Source: Anaeromyxobacteraceae bacterium (GTDB taxonomy: Bacteria > Myxococcota > Myxococcia > Myxococcales > Anaeromyxobacteraceae). Taken from it: a stretch of 64,000 nt of DNA. Below, one piece after another: positions 27,011 to 38,764 of this stretch (position 1 is the first letter of the stretch; each line of letters begins with the position of its first letter). Both the position numbers and the translations under genes were made by a program. The stretch spans positions 1,181,228-1,245,227 of the forward strand of contig JASGHJ010000001.1 in assembly GCA_047602405.1 (NCBI GenBank), read 5' to 3'. Under the pieces are notes generated by a model. That model saw nothing but the letters and a program-made list of their open reading frames with translations, was not told the DNA's origin and did not search any database.

Positions 27011-30000
27011 TTACGCCCCGCCCAGCCCCCGCACGATGAAGTAGATCGCCTCCGGGTGGTGCAGCACGATCGCGGAGGTCGACTGCTCCGGCACCATCTG
27101 GTGCGCCTCGGTGAGCGACACGCCGATGGTCCGGTCCGGCTCGAGCAGCCTCCAGACCTGCGTCTGGTCCGAGAGGTCCGGCCAGCTCGGATAGCCCGGC
27201 GAGTACCGCTTGCCGCCACCCTCCGGGATGCCGAGCTCGGCGCGCACCTTCCGGTGCCAGTACTCCGCGAGCGCCTCGGCCGCCTCGACGGCGAGGCCGT
27301 GCAGGAAGAGGCCGCGGGTGTAGTCGCCCCGGGCCTGCGCCTCCTCGGCGAGGTGCGAGGCCTGGTCGCCGACGGTGACGACCTGGAACGTCGCGACGTC
27401 GGAGCCGGGCTCCTCGCGGAACCAGTCGGCGAGGCAGAGGTTCCGGTCGTCGGGCTGGCGCGGGAGCTTCAGCCGCGCGAGCTCGGCCTTCTTGTTCGCG
27501 GGGTCGAGGACGACGAGGTCGTTCCCCTCGGCGTGCACGGGGAAGTGGCCGTACACGACCTTCGGCGTGAGCCAGCCCTTCGCCTTCGCCTCGGCCTGCA
27601 GCTCGGCGAGCTTCGGGCCGAACTCCTCGCGCACGAGCTTCTCGTACTCGGCGCCCTTCGCGCGCACGCCCCACTGCAGCTTGTAGAGCTCGTCGAGGTC
27701 GAGCATCGGCCAGAGCTCGTCGATGGAGATCGCGCCCGAGGGCACGACGCGCTTCCCCCAGAACGGCGGCGTGGGGATGCGGGGGGCGGGGGTCACGTCG
27801 GCGCGGCGGATTGCGGGCGCGGCGGCGATCGCCGGCGCGGCCGGCGCGTCACGGTTCGCGGTGGCCTTCTGGAGCACGGCGCTCTTCACGGCGTCGCGCC
27901 GCTTCGGGTCGACGAGCTGCTCGACCACCTCGAGCCCCTCGAACGCGTCCTTCGCGTAGAAGACGCCGCCGGCGTACGGCGTGCCGCCGTCGACGAAGTG
28001 TGCCTTGTAGCCGAAGCGCCGGTTGATGGCCGCGCCGCCGATGATGACCGGGAAGGCCAGGTTCCGCCGGTGCAGCTCCTCCACGCAGAAGGGCATCTGC
28101 TTCGAGGTCGAGACGAGGAGCGCCGAGAGCCCGATCGCGTCGGCCCCGGTCTCGACCGCCTTCTCGATGATGGTCGCGACGGGGACCTGCTTGCCGAGGT
28201 CGTGCACGGTGAACCCGTTGTTGACGAGGATCGTCTTCACGAGGTTCTTCCCGATGTCGTGCACGTCGCCGTAGACGGTGGCGAGCACCACCGTGCCCTT
28301 CGTGGTGCCCTCCTTCTTCTCGAGGAACTGCTCGAGGTGGGCGACCGCCTTCTTCATCACCTCGGCGGACTGCAGCACGAACGGCAGGATCAGCTCGCCC
28401 GCGCCGAACTTGTCGCCGACGTCCTTCATCGCCGGGAGCAGCACCTCGTTCAGCACCGCGACCGCCGAGCGGCGCTCGAGCGCGTCGTCGATGAGCGCCT
28501 GGATGCCCTCGGGCTTGCGGTGGAGGATCTGCAGGTGGATCCGCTCCTCGGCGGTCTTCCCGGCGAAGACGTCCTCCTGCACGACCTGCTTCTCGGCGCC
28601 CTTCGCGCCGAAGTGCTCGATGAGCCGCGCGAGCGCGTCGGGGCGGCGGTCGAAGACGAGGTCCTCGGCGAGCGCGCGCTCCTCGGCGGGGATCTGCGGG
28701 ATGGCGCGGATGTCCTTGGGGTTCACGATGGCGAGGTCGAGCCCCGCCTGCACCGCGTGGAACAGGAACACCGAGTTCACGACCTCGCGCGCCTGCTTCG
28801 CGAGGCCGAAGGAGACGTTCGAGACGCCGAGCGTGGTGAACACGCCGGGGTTCTCGGCCTTGATCCGCCGGATGCCCTCCAGCGTCTCGACGGCGCTCTT
28901 GCGGTACTCGTCGGAGCCGGTCGCGAGCGTGAAGGTGAGGCAGTCGAACACGAGCGCGTCCGCGGGGACGCCGTACTCCTTCGCGACCGCCACGAGGCGG
29001 CGCGCGATCTCGGCCTTGCGGTCCGCGGTCTGCGCCATGCCCTTCTCGTCGATGGTCATCGCGACCACCGCGGCGCCCCAGCGCCTCACGAGCGGCAGGA
29101 CCTTCTTGACCCGCTCGCCGGACTTCTCGAGGTTGATCGAGTTGACGATGCAGCGGCCCGGGTAGGTCTTGAGCGCCGCCTCGATCACGTCCGCCTCGGT
29201 CGAGTCGACCATCAGCGGGGCGTCCACGCTCTGGGCGAGCAGCTTCACGAGGGTGCGCATCTGCGCGGTCTCGTCGTCCCGCTCGTTGAGCGCCACGCAC
29301 ACGTCGAGCACGTGCGCGCCGGCGTCCACCTGCCCGCGGGCGATCTCGACGAGCCCCGCGTAGTCGTCGGCGAGGAGCAGCTCCTTCACCTTCCTCGAGC
29401 CCTGCGAGTTGACGCGCTCGCCGACCACGAGCGGCCGGGGCTGCAGATCGAGCGGCACGGCCTTCATGGCCGAGCTGAGCTCGGGCAGCGCGCGCGGCCG
29501 GGCGCGCTTCTTCGTCTCCACCGGCCGGATCTTCTCGACCACCGCCCGGAGGTGCGCCGGCGTCGTGCCGCAGCAGCCGCCCACGAGGTCGACGCCGCTC
29601 TCGACCACGAAGTCGCGGAGCGCGATCGCGAGGTCGTCGGGGGAGAGCTTGTAGACGGCCTTCCCGTCCACGTTCTCGGGCATGCCGGCGTTCGGCAGCA
29701 CCGAGATGTAGTGGCTGCACTTCTCGGAGAGCGTGCGGATCGAGGCCCGCATCTCGGCGGGGCCGGTCGAGCAGTTGAGCCCCACGCAGTCGACCGGCAG
29801 CCGCTCGAGCGTCGCGAGCGCGCTCGCGATGTCGGTGCCGAGCAGCATGCGGCCGTTCGCGTCGATGAGCGTCGGCTGCGCGATGAGGAAGACGTCGCGC
29901 ATGAGCTCCTTGCGCACGGCGTCGACCGCGAGCACCGCGGCGCGGAGCTCCAGCATGTCCTGCTGGGTCTCGACGATGATCGCGTCGACGCCGCCCTCGA

Positions 30001-30452
30001 CGAGGCCGCGGGCCTGCTCGAAGAAGATCCGCTCGAGCGCGTCGGAGGTGATGTTGCCGAGCGCCGGGTCGCTCGACGACGGCAGCATGCCGGTCGGGCC
30101 GATGGAGCCGGCGACGAAGCGCGGGCGGTCCGGCGTCGAGAACCGCTCCGCGGCCCGGCGGGCGAGGATGGCCGCCTTGAAGTTCACCTCGTAGGTGCGG
30201 TGGCCGACGCCGTACTCGTCGAGCTTGAGGCGCGAGGAGCCGAAGGTGTTGGTCTCGACGACGTCGCAGCCGACCGCGTAGTAGCGGGCGTGGATGTCCT
30301 CGATGAGGTCGGGGCGGGTCAGCGTGAGGAGGTCGTTCGCGCCCTCCTTGCCGCCGAACTCGGCCGCGGTGAGCTGGTGGCCCTGGATTCTGGGTGCCCA
30401 TGGCGCCGTCGAAGACGAGGACGCGGCGCTCGATGGCTTCTCGGAAGGTCAC
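27011..30452 (-). CDS. metH: Cobalamin-dependent methionine synthase; frameshift at about 30388
   Basis: FDGAMGT, GLNC, GGCCGT, GERVN, GDVHDIG, SALL, YSPGYP; removing one base gives MGTQIQGHQLTAAEF. Confidence 0.95.
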
Positions 30453-30592
30453 GGTGGGGGTCCTGACGCGGGGCCGTCCGCTGGGGCGGAGGTCGGGTAA
30501 GCCCTAGATAACAGGCCCTGGGCCCCGGATCGAGCCCCCGGCGGACGACCTGCCGCTTTGACGGAAGGACCGGGGGCCGGTCCGGGCCTGGC

Positions 30593-31231
30593 TCAGCCCG
30601 CGAGCAGGTTGTTCGCGGCGTGGACGGCGATCGCCGGGAGGATCGATCCGGTCCGCCAGGCGAGGAACCCGAGCGCGGCACCCTGCACGAGGAGGAAGGC
30701 GAGGCTGAACCCGAGCTCCGCCGCCGGCACGCCCTGGGTGAGCCAGCCGGGCGCGTGCATCGCCGCAAAGAGCGCCGCGGTGACGGCCTGGGCGCGCACC
30801 GGGCCGCTCCACCGGAGCTGCTGGCGCAGCACGAAGCCGCGCATCAGGACCTCCTCCAGCGCCGCGCGCAGGAGCGTGAGCGTGACGAACGCGGCGAGCG
30901 CCGGCCACGCGGTCGCCGGCCGCGCGCCGCCGGGGCCGGCGAGCGCGGCCGCGAGCGCGAGGTACGCGGCGGCCACGAGCACCGCGGCGGAGCGCCCGCG
31001 CCGCTCGAGCGCCGTGACGAGCCCGAGCGCCTGGAGCGGCGGCCTCGGATTGCTCGACCTCAGGTAGAGCGCGACGGGGACGAGCCAGACCACCACGCGC
31101 AGGAGCACCTGGAGCGGCGCCTGCGCGGCGGCGGGCCAGTGCGCCTGCTCGAGCGGCAGGATGAAGGCATTGTGCAGCGCCCAGGCGCCGAGCACGGCGG
31201 CGGTGACCCACCAGAAGCGGCGAACCGGCAT
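30593..31231 (-). CDS. CPBP family intramembrane glutamic endopeptidase
   Basis: EEVLMRG, FAAMH, HAANN. Confidence 0.9.
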   Translation of the reverse strand: MPVRRFWWVTAAVLGAWALHNAFILPLEQAHWPAAAQAPLQVLLRVVVWLVPVALYLRSSNPRPPLQALGLVTALERRGRSAAVLVAAAYLALAAALAGPGGARPATAWPALAAFVTLTLLRAALEEVLMRGFVLRQQLRWSGPVRAQAVTAALFAAMHAPGWLTQGVPAAELGFSLAFLLVQGAALGFLAWRTGSILPAIAVHAANNLLAG

Positions 31232-31413
31232 CCGGGCATCGTAACCGGGCATGCCGGCACGCCGGCGCCACCCCGCGATCGGGTGCGACGATTGGCCCGG
31301 GCTCCGCGGCTTTGACGCGGCGGAGCCCACGGGTCACGCTCCCCGTGAACGGCTCGCGCGCGGGGGTGCGCGGCCGGTCCGCCGTACTCGGAGCTCGCAG
31401 CAGGGGAGACCAC

Positions 31414-33546
31414 ATGACCGCCTCGTCCACGCGCCTCACCGTGCGCACGGCACTCGCCGTGCTCGCGCTCGCCTCGGGTTCGCTCGCATGCGGCAGCCGC
31501 GCTCCGGAGAAGGCCGCCGCCGCCACGACCCGCACGCAGGCGAGCGCCGCGGTCGCGACCGCGTGCGGCGGCGCCCAGACCTGCACGCCGACCGACGCGC
31601 ACGCGCGTCACCAGGCGAACGGCCTCGACTGCGTCTCCTGCCACCCGTGCGGCGGTCAGTTCGGCTTCAAGGTGGGCTACACGTTCCCGGGCGGCACGAC
31701 GATCCTCCCGACCGACCACTACACGCCGGCCTCCGGCGGAACGCCGGCCTCCTGCACCGTCGCCTGCCACGCGCCGATGGGCTCCCCGTCCGCGCCGGTG
31801 ACCTGGAACGCGGCCTCGCCGCTCGCGTGCGTCGGCTGCCACGACGTCTCGGCGATGCTCCAGCGCTTCCCGAACCACCCCGCCGTCTCCCCCACCGCCT
31901 CGCGCGCCGACTGCGAGGTGTGCCACAGCATGGACGCGCACACGACCGGCACGGTGAAGCTGCAGGGCCACCCCGCCGCGTGGATGGACCGCGCGAGCGC
32001 CGGCTTCCACGCGCCCGTGGCGAACCGTGGCCTCACGGCCTGCAAGGCCTGCCACCGCGCCGACCTCTCGGGCGGCCTCACGAACGTCGCCTGCACGGGC
32101 TGTCACCGCGCGAACGGCACCGCGAACGACTTCGCGAAGTGCACGGCGTGCCACGGCGGCACCCAGAACGCGACCGGTGCGCCGCCCGCGGCGATCTGGG
32201 GCTTCGCGGGTGACCCGAACCGCGGCGGCGGGACCGCCGACCCGATCCGCGTGGGCGCGCACACCGCGCACGTCACCGCCGGCGCGTACGGCCCGGCCTT
32301 TGGCTGCGAGACCTGCCACGTCACCCCGCCGAGCATCGTCGCGCCCGGCCACATCGACGACACCGCTGGCGCCCCGCTCGCCTCGGTCACCTTCGGTGGC
32401 GTCGCCGTGAACGGCGGCCCGACGCCGGGCTGGACCCGCGGCACCGCGACCTGCTCGAACACCTACTGCCACGGCGCCTCGCTGCCCGGCGGCGGGCTCA
32501 CGAACCCGGTCTGGACCGCCGGCGCGGGCCAGGTCTACTGCGGCAGCTGCCACGGCGTGCCGCCGCCGACCCCGCACGTCCCCGTCGACACGACGAACGG
32601 CTTCGGCGTCTGCAGCCCGTGCCACACCGACACCGTGGACGCCGCGGGCCACATCATCGCGGCGAGCGCGGGCGGCAAGCACCTCGACGGCTTCCTCGAG
32701 GCCTCCGGCCACGACGCGAACTGGATGGACCGCGCGAGCCCCGGCTTCCACGCCTTCGCGGCGAACCGCGGCCTCGACAACTGCAAGCCGTGCCACGGCG
32801 ACCAGCTCGAGGGCGGCTCGGTCCGCACCGCCTGCACGCAGTGCCACAAGCCCGGCGGCCCGGGCAACGACTTCGCCACCTGCACGGCCTGCCACGGCGG
32901 CACGCTCGACGCGACCGGCGCGCCGCCCGCGGCCATCTGGGGCTACGCCGGTGATCCGCTCCGCGGCGGCGGCACCGCCGACCCGCTCCGCGTCGGCGCG
33001 CACCGCAAGCACGTCGCGCAGACCACCGGCAAGGCGATCGACTGCGCCGCGTGCCACGTGAAGCCGGCGACCTGGACGGATCCGACCCACGTCGACGACG
33101 CCACGCCGCGCGCCACCGTCACGTTCGCCGGGGCGGTCGGCACCGTGCCCGCGGGCGCGACGCCGACCTGGAACCGCGACGCGGGCAGCTGCGCGGCCAC
33201 GTACTGCCACGGCAACTACTCGGGCGAGTTCCACTACACGACCTGGGACTGGGGCACCGACAGCGCGGTCGACAACGTCTTCACGTACGTCGGCAAGCAG
33301 GCCACGCCGGGCTGGGCCGACGGCGGGCTCACCTGCGCCTCCTGCCACGGCAACCCCCCGTCGGGCGGCACCTGGCACACCCCGTACCACGGCAACAACG
33401 TGGCCTACACGAAGTGCCAGGTCTGCCACCCCGACGCGTCGACGTCGGCCACGGGCGCGAACGTCATCACGAACGCCGCGCTGCACATCGACGGCAAGGT
33501 GGACGTGCAGCCGGTGTGGGTGAACCGCTGCTTCGGCTGCCACTGA
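31414..33546 (+). CDS. Multiheme c-type cytochrome lipoprotein of the CxxxxCH/CxxCH family
   Basis: 16 CxxCH plus CTVACH, CSNTYCH, CAATYCH; lipobox LACG; GGGGAG SD. Confidence 0.93.
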   Translation: MTASSTRLTVRTALAVLALASGSLACGSRAPEKAAAATTRTQASAAVATACGGAQTCTPTDAHARHQANGLDCVSCHPCGGQFGFKVGYTFPGGTTILPTDHYTPASGGTPASCTVACHAPMGSPSAPVTWNAASPLACVGCHDVSAMLQRFPNHPAVSPTASRADCEVCHSMDAHTTGTVKLQGHPAAWMDRASAGFHAPVANRGLTACKACHRADLSGGLTNVACTGCHRANGTANDFAKCTACHGGTQNATGAPPAAIWGFAGDPNRGGGTADPIRVGAHTAHVTAGAYGPAFGCETCHVTPPSIVAPGHIDDTAGAPLASVTFGGVAVNGGPTPGWTRGTATCSNTYCHGASLPGGGLTNPVWTAGAGQVYCGSCHGVPPPTPHVPVDTTNGFGVCSPCHTDTVDAAGHIIAASAGGKHLDGFLEASGHDANWMDRASPGFHAFAANRGLDNCKPCHGDQLEGGSVRTACTQCHKPGGPGNDFATCTACHGGTLDATGAPPAAIWGYAGDPLRGGGTADPLRVGAHRKHVAQTTGKAIDCAACHVKPATWTDPTHVDDATPRATVTFAGAVGTVPAGATPTWNRDAGSCAATYCHGNYSGEFHYTTWDWGTDSAVDNVFTYVGKQATPGWADGGLTCASCHGNPPSGGTWHTPYHGNNVAYTKCQVCHPDASTSATGANVITNAALHIDGKVDVQPVWVNRCFGCH

Positions 33547-33649
33547 CGCTCGCTCGAGCGGCAGCACGGTGAGCCGGCGGGGCCGCGCCTCCGGGCGCAG
33601 CCCCGCCCGCCCCTGTTCCCGCGCCGCGCCGCGGGCGTAGCATCGTCGC

Positions 33650-34681
33650 GTGGCGACGGCGCTCCACGAGGCCCGCTGGTGGTCGCCCGTGCCCGATCGG
33701 CCGGGCGCGGTCCGCTGCGAGCTCTGCCCGCGCGGTTGCCGGCTCGCCGACGGTCAGGCGGGCTTCTGCGCGGTCCGCGCAAATGCGGGCGGCCGGCTCG
33801 TGCTCTCGACCTGGGGCCGGACGACCGGCTTCGCCCTCGACCCCATCGAGAAGAAGCCGCTCTCGCACTTCCTGCCCGGCGCGCGGGTCCTCTCGTTCGG
33901 CACCGCGGGCTGCAACCTCGGCTGCCGCTTCTGCCAGAACTGGTCGATCTCGAAGGCCGAGCTCGACCTCGTCGCGTCGGAAGCGGAGTGGACCCCCGAC
34001 CGCGTCGTCGCCCTCGCCCGGGCGCGCGGGGCCCCGGGGCTCGCGTTCACCTACAACGACCCGATCATCTGGGCGGAGTACGCGCTCGACGTCGCGGCCG
34101 CCGCGCACGCCGCCGGGCTCTTCACGGTCTTCGTCACGAACGGCTACGTGTCGCCCGCGGTGCGCGCCGAGGTCTTCGGCGGGATGGACGCCGCGAACGT
34201 CGACCTCAAGGCGTTCACCGAAAGCTTCTACGCGCGCCAGACGCTCTCGCACCTCGCGCCGGTGCTCGACACGCTCGAGTGGCTGGCCCGCGACGGCAGG
34301 ACCTGGGTGGAGGTCACGAACCTCGTCATCCCCGGCCTGAACGACGCGCCCGGCGAGACGCGCGACCTCGCGCGCTGGCTCGTCGACCACATGGGGCCGG
34401 ACGTGCCGCTCCACCTCTCGGCGTTCCACCCCTCGTACCGGCTCACCGACCGGCCACGCACGCCGCCCGCCACGCTCGTGCGCGCCCGCGAGGTCGCGAT
34501 GGCCGCAGGGCTCCGGTACGTCTACACGGGGAACGTGCACGACCCGGCCGGCCAGACCACTTACTGCCCGGGCTGCGGCGCGGTGGTGATCGAGCGGGAC
34601 GGCTACGCGGTCGGGGCGGTGCGGCTCGCGGGCGGCGCGTGCGCCGCCTGCGGGGCGCGGATCGCGGGGCGGTTCGGCTGA
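33650..34681 (+). CDS. amrS: AmmeMemoRadiSam system radical SAM enzyme
   Basis: CELCPRGC..GFCAVR, DPIEKKPL, GCNLGCRFCQN, TYNDP, C-terminal CPGCG. Confidence 0.9.
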   Translation: MATALHEARWWSPVPDRPGAVRCELCPRGCRLADGQAGFCAVRANAGGRLVLSTWGRTTGFALDPIEKKPLSHFLPGARVLSFGTAGCNLGCRFCQNWSISKAELDLVASEAEWTPDRVVALARARGAPGLAFTYNDPIIWAEYALDVAAAAHAAGLFTVFVTNGYVSPAVRAEVFGGMDAANVDLKAFTESFYARQTLSHLAPVLDTLEWLARDGRTWVEVTNLVIPGLNDAPGETRDLARWLVDHMGPDVPLHLSAFHPSYRLTDRPRTPPATLVRAREVAMAAGLRYVYTGNVHDPAGQTTYCPGCGAVVIERDGYAVGAVRLAGGACAACGARIAGRFG

Positions 34682-34699
34682 GCTGCGTTCCTGCCCGGG

Positions 34700-35014
34700 C
34701 TACGGGCTGGCGTCGTCCGGCAGGGCGATGCCGCACGCGATCTTGCCCTGCTCGCTCGAGACCCACGTGCAGAAGGCCTCGCCCGAGGGCGCCTTGCAGG
34801 TCTTGAGGTGCGCGTCGCAGAGGTCCTCCTGCGCGCTGGTCGGCTTCGCGCGGGAGAGCTCGTCGTCGACGGCGTTCTCGCAGGACTTCTTGGTCGCGCC
34901 CGAGCCGCGGCACTCGCAGAGCTTGTAGCCGAGCTCCTGGCAGGGCGTGGAGCACGCGCCGGCGCCGGCGACGAGGAGCAGGGCGAAGGCCCAGGTGAGG
35001 AGGTTCCGCGGCAT
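34700..35014 (-). CDS. Small Cys-rich lipoprotein (104 aa)
   Basis: MPRNLLTWAFALLLVAGAGAC; eight further Cys. Confidence 0.75.
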   Translation of the reverse strand: MPRNLLTWAFALLLVAGAGACSTPCQELGYKLCECRGSGATKKSCENAVDDELSRAKPTSAQEDLCDAHLKTCKAPSGEAFCTWVSSEQGKIACGIALPDDASP

Positions 35015-35098
35015 GAGGGGGCGGAGGATCACCGTTTGCCGCCCCAGGGTCAAGGCATGTGAATGGCGCCTGGCCGTGGGCCGTCCTAGGGTGCAGGC

Positions 35099-35767
35099 AT
35101 GGTAACCGCGATCGCCCTCGCCTTGTTCCTCAACGCCCCTGCCCCGTCCCCGGGCACCCCGGCGGAGCCTCCCGCGCCGCCTCCGGGAGCGGCGGTGGAC
35201 CCGGCGGCGGCGGCGCTGGCCGCGAAGGTCCAGGCGTTCTACGACCGAACGAAGGACCTCACCGCCCGGTTCCGCCAGACGTACACGTACGCCGGCTTCG
35301 GCCGCAAGCAGGTCTCCTCCGGGAGACTCTCCGTGAAGAAGCCCGGCATGATGCGCTGGGACTACGAGAAGCCCGAGCCGAAGACCGTCGCCGTGAAGGG
35401 CTCCCGCCTCGTGCAGTTCGAGCCCGAGGCGAACCAGGCCTACGTGGACGAGCGCTTCGACTCGACCGCGCTCTCCGCGGCGGTGACCTTCCTCATCGGC
35501 AAGGGCGACCTCCAGAAAGAGTTCGTCCCGTCGCTCGAGCCCTCGGGGACGCTGCGGCTCACCCCCCGGCAGGCCGACTCCCGGGTGACCACGGTCTTCC
35601 TCTCCGTCGCGGGCGACGGGCAGGTGGAGGCGACGCGGGTCGTGGACGGGTCGGGCAACGTGAACGAGATCCGGTTCGAGGACGTCCGCCGCAACGTCGG
35701 GCTCGGCGACGCGGCGTTCGAGGTGAAGCTCCCGGCGAACGTTCACAGGGTGGCGCCGCCGGGCTAA
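35099..35767 (+). CDS. lolA: Outer-membrane lipoprotein carrier LolA family
   Basis: ARFRQTY, KKPGMMRWDYEKP, N.IRFED motifs. Confidence 0.85.
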   Translation: MVTAIALALFLNAPAPSPGTPAEPPAPPPGAAVDPAAAALAAKVQAFYDRTKDLTARFRQTYTYAGFGRKQVSSGRLSVKKPGMMRWDYEKPEPKTVAVKGSRLVQFEPEANQAYVDERFDSTALSAAVTFLIGKGDLQKEFVPSLEPSGTLRLTPRQADSRVTTVFLSVAGDGQVEATRVVDGSGNVNEIRFEDVRRNVGLGDAAFEVKLPANVHRVAPPG

Positions 35768-35779
35768 GCTCCCCGGACC

Positions 35780-37276
35780 ATGGCAGACCCCATCCTCGTC
35801 GCCCGCGGCACCGGCGCGTCCGGCGCGCCCGTCGATCTCCACCTCCTGCCCGGGCTCGCGAACCGGCACGGCCTCGTCACCGGCGCCACCGGCACCGGCA
35901 AGACGGTGACCCTGCGCGTGCTCGCGGAGGGGCTCTCGCGCCTCGGGGTGCCGGTCCTGCTCGCGGACGTGAAGGGCGACCTCTCCGGCCTCGCCCGGCC
36001 CGGCGGCGACAGCCCGAAGGTGCAGGAGCGCGCGAAGCAGCTCGGCATCACGCTCGAGCCCGCGGCGAGCCCCACCGTCTTCCTCGACGTCTTCGGCGAG
36101 GCCGGCCACCCGCTCCGCACCACGCTCTCGGAGGTCGGGCCGATCCTGCTGGGCCGGATCCTCGAGCTCAACGACGTGCAGGAGGGCGTCTTGCAGGTCG
36201 CGTTCAAGGTGGCCGACGAGAACGGGCTCCTGCTGCTGGACACGAAGGACCTCCGCGCGCTGCTCGAGCACCTCTCGAACAACGCCTCCGAGATCCGGGC
36301 CCGCTACGGCAACGTCTCGCCGACCACCGTGGGCGCGATCCAGCGCCAGCTCCTCGCGCTCGAGTCACAGGGCGCCGACAAGCTCTTCGGCGAGCCGGCC
36401 CTCGACCTCGCCGATCTGCTGCGCACCGACCTCGGCGGGCGCGGGCAGATCACCGTGCTCCACGCCGAGCGGCTCATCCGCACGCCGCGGCTCTACGCGA
36501 CGCTCCTCCTCTGGATGCTCTCCGAGCTCTACGAGAACCTCCCCGAGGTCGGCGACCCGGAGAAGCCGCGCCTCGTCTTCTTCTTCGACGAGGCGCACCT
36601 CCTCTTCACCGACGCGCCGGCCGAGCTCCTGCAGAAGGTCGAGCAGGTCGTGCGGCTCATCCGCTCGAAGGGCGTAGGCGTCTACTTCGTCACCCAGAAC
36701 CCCATCGACGTGCCGGACACGGTGCTCGGGCAGCTCGGCAACCGCTTCCAGCACGCGCTGCGCGCCTTCACGCCGCGGGACCAGAAGGCGGTGAAGGTGG
36801 CGGCGGAGACGTTCCGGCAGAACCCCCCGCTCGACGTCGAGAAGGCCATCTCCGAGCTCGGGGTGGGCGAGGCCCTCGTCTCCTGCCTCAATCCGAAGGG
36901 CACGCCCACGCCGGTCGAGCGCGCCTTCGTCATGCCGCCGCGCTCCCGCCTCGCGCCGCTCACGCCCCAGGAGCGCGCCGAGGTGATGGCGAGCTCGCCC
37001 CTCCGCGGGAAGTACGACAGCGCGGTCGATCGCGAGTCCGCCTACGAGCGGCTCAAGGCCGCGGCCGAGCAGCAGCCCCCGCCGCCCGCCACGGCCCCGC
37101 GCGGCTCCGCCGCCTCGACGGCCGCGACCGCCGGCATGGGCGCCGCCGCGGGCGCGCTCATCGGCAAGATGGCGACCTCGGCGGTGCGCGCGGCCGGCAC
37201 CCGAATCGGCCGCGGAATCATCCGCGGCGTGCTCGGCGGCCTCCTCGGCGGCGGCCGCAGCCGGCGCCGCTGGTAG
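35780..37276 (+). CDS. HerA-like P-loop ATPase (DUF853/YjgR family)
   Basis: [45 protein letters not shown]. Confidence 0.93.
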   Translation: MADPILVARGTGASGAPVDLHLLPGLANRHGLVTGATGTGKTVTLRVLAEGLSRLGVPVLLADVKGDLSGLARPGGDSPKVQERAKQLGITLEPAASPTVFLDVFGEAGHPLRTTLSEVGPILLGRILELNDVQEGVLQVAFKVADENGLLLLDTKDLRALLEHLSNNASEIRARYGNVSPTTVGAIQRQLLALESQGADKLFGEPALDLADLLRTDLGGRGQITVLHAERLIRTPRLYATLLLWMLSELYENLPEVGDPEKPRLVFFFDEAHLLFTDAPAELLQKVEQVVRLIRSKGVGVYFVTQNPIDVPDTVLGQLGNRFQHALRAFTPRDQKAVKVAAETFRQNPPLDVEKAISELGVGEALVSCLNPKGTPTPVERAFVMPPRSRLAPLTPQERAEVMASSPLRGKYDSAVDRESAYERLKAAAEQQPPPPATAPRGSAASTAATAGMGAAAGALIGKMATSAVRAAGTRIGRGIIRGVLGGLLGGGRSRRRW

Positions 37277-37290
37277 GGGCGCGGCCCGCG

Positions 37291-38551
37291 CTACGCCCGC
37301 CCGCCGCGGGCGGGCGCGGCCGGGCCGTAGGTGAGCCAGCGCCACAGCCACTCGGCCGGGCCGAGCTCGAACCGGGAGACCCAGAGCGCGGCGAGGAGCG
37401 CCTGCGCGAGCCAGGTCGCGATCGCGAGCGCGAGGCAGGCGTCGGGCGCGAGCGCGCCGTAGAGGCCGCCGCCGTAGGCGTAGGCGATCGTCGTGAAAGA
37501 GCGCCGACTGCCCGAGGTACGCCGACAGCGAGACCCGCCCGAGGGGCGCCAGCGCGAGGAGCAGCCGGGCCCGGCCGCGCGACCAGGCGAGCAGGAGCGC
37601 GGCCGCGAGGCCCAGCGCGAGCGCCGGGGCGCTCGCCGCGTGCAGGCCGGTGCCCAGCGTCACGGCGCTCATCCGCGCCACGCCGCCGTGCACGAGCCAC
37701 GCGTACACGAGCTCGCCCACGCCGCCGAGCACGATCCCGAAGCGGGCCACGCGGCCGAGGAGCGCCTCGTGGCCGGCGGGGTGGGAGAGCACGCCTTGCT
37801 CGACGGCCCAGCCGCCCGCGAGGAAGAGCGCGAGGAACTGGGGCAGGAAGGCGAAGGTCGCGAACCAGGTCGTGAGGAACAGGCCGGCGCGGTGCCGGAA
37901 GAGCTCGGCAAGGCTGCCGTGCCCGAAGACCGCGAGGGCCTTCGCGACGGCGGCGTGGGCCTCCTCGACCGCGCCGGCCGAGAGCTTCGAGAGCGCGTCG
38001 GGGCGGACGAGGTCGACGACGGTCATCGCCACGCCCGCGGAGCAGGCGAGGAGCGGCACGAGGGCGAAGAGCCCGAGCGCCCACCGCGCGCGCGCCGCCG
38101 GATCCCGCCCGTGGAAGGCGAGGTACCAGACGAGGCCCACGAGCGCGTAGCCCGCGAGGATGTCCCCGTGCCACAGCAGGAGCCCGTGCGCGGCGCCGAT
38201 GAGCCCGAGCGCCGCGAGCCGGCGCGGCAGCACGGCCGTTGCGCGCGCCCCGAGCCGCCCCGCCTGCAGCGCGAGCCCGGCGCCGAACAGGAAGGACAGG
38301 AGCGTGTACGCCTTCCCGACGAACAGGAGGTGGGTGAGCGCGAGGGCGCGCGGCGCGGCGCTCTCGGCCCAGGGCAGGTTGAAGACGCGCTCGTCCGGCC
38401 CGAGCAGGATCGGCGCGTTGACCGCGACCACGCCGAGCAGCGCGAGCCCGCGCAGGGCGTCGAGCGCCGGCAGGCGCGACGCCGCCGCGAGCGGCGCGGG
38501 CGCGGGGGCCGCTGCCTCCGCGAGGGGCTGTTCGCCGGTGCCGGCGTCCAT
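37291..38551 (-). CDS. DUF418 (YeiB-like) membrane protein; frameshift at about 37497
   Basis: LDALRGLALLG, GKAYTLLSFLFG, GDIL, LSAYLGQS, GPAEWLWRWLTY; one extra T in TTT. Confidence 0.85.
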
Positions 38552-38764
38552 CGCGGCGCAGGTTAACCCAACTTCGCCCACACGCAGGGAGTGCAGGCGG
38601 TCCACGGGTGGCCGCAGCCCTCACCCCGGGGTCCGCGTACCGTCCGACTGAGCGTGGAGGCGGCCGAGGAGATCCGGGCGCTTGGCGGATCCTGAGCTGG
38701 GCCGGGCGCTTGCACGGAAGGTCGAACGCCGGTTGCCGCGCCCGGCATCGGGGGATGTACGACG

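Noticed and set aside
31291-31350. Two hairpins upstream of the multiheme cytochrome as a GEMM-I riboswitch
   Set aside because: No GCAAA..GAAA..GACGCAAAG pattern; GC-rich hairpins are expected by chance
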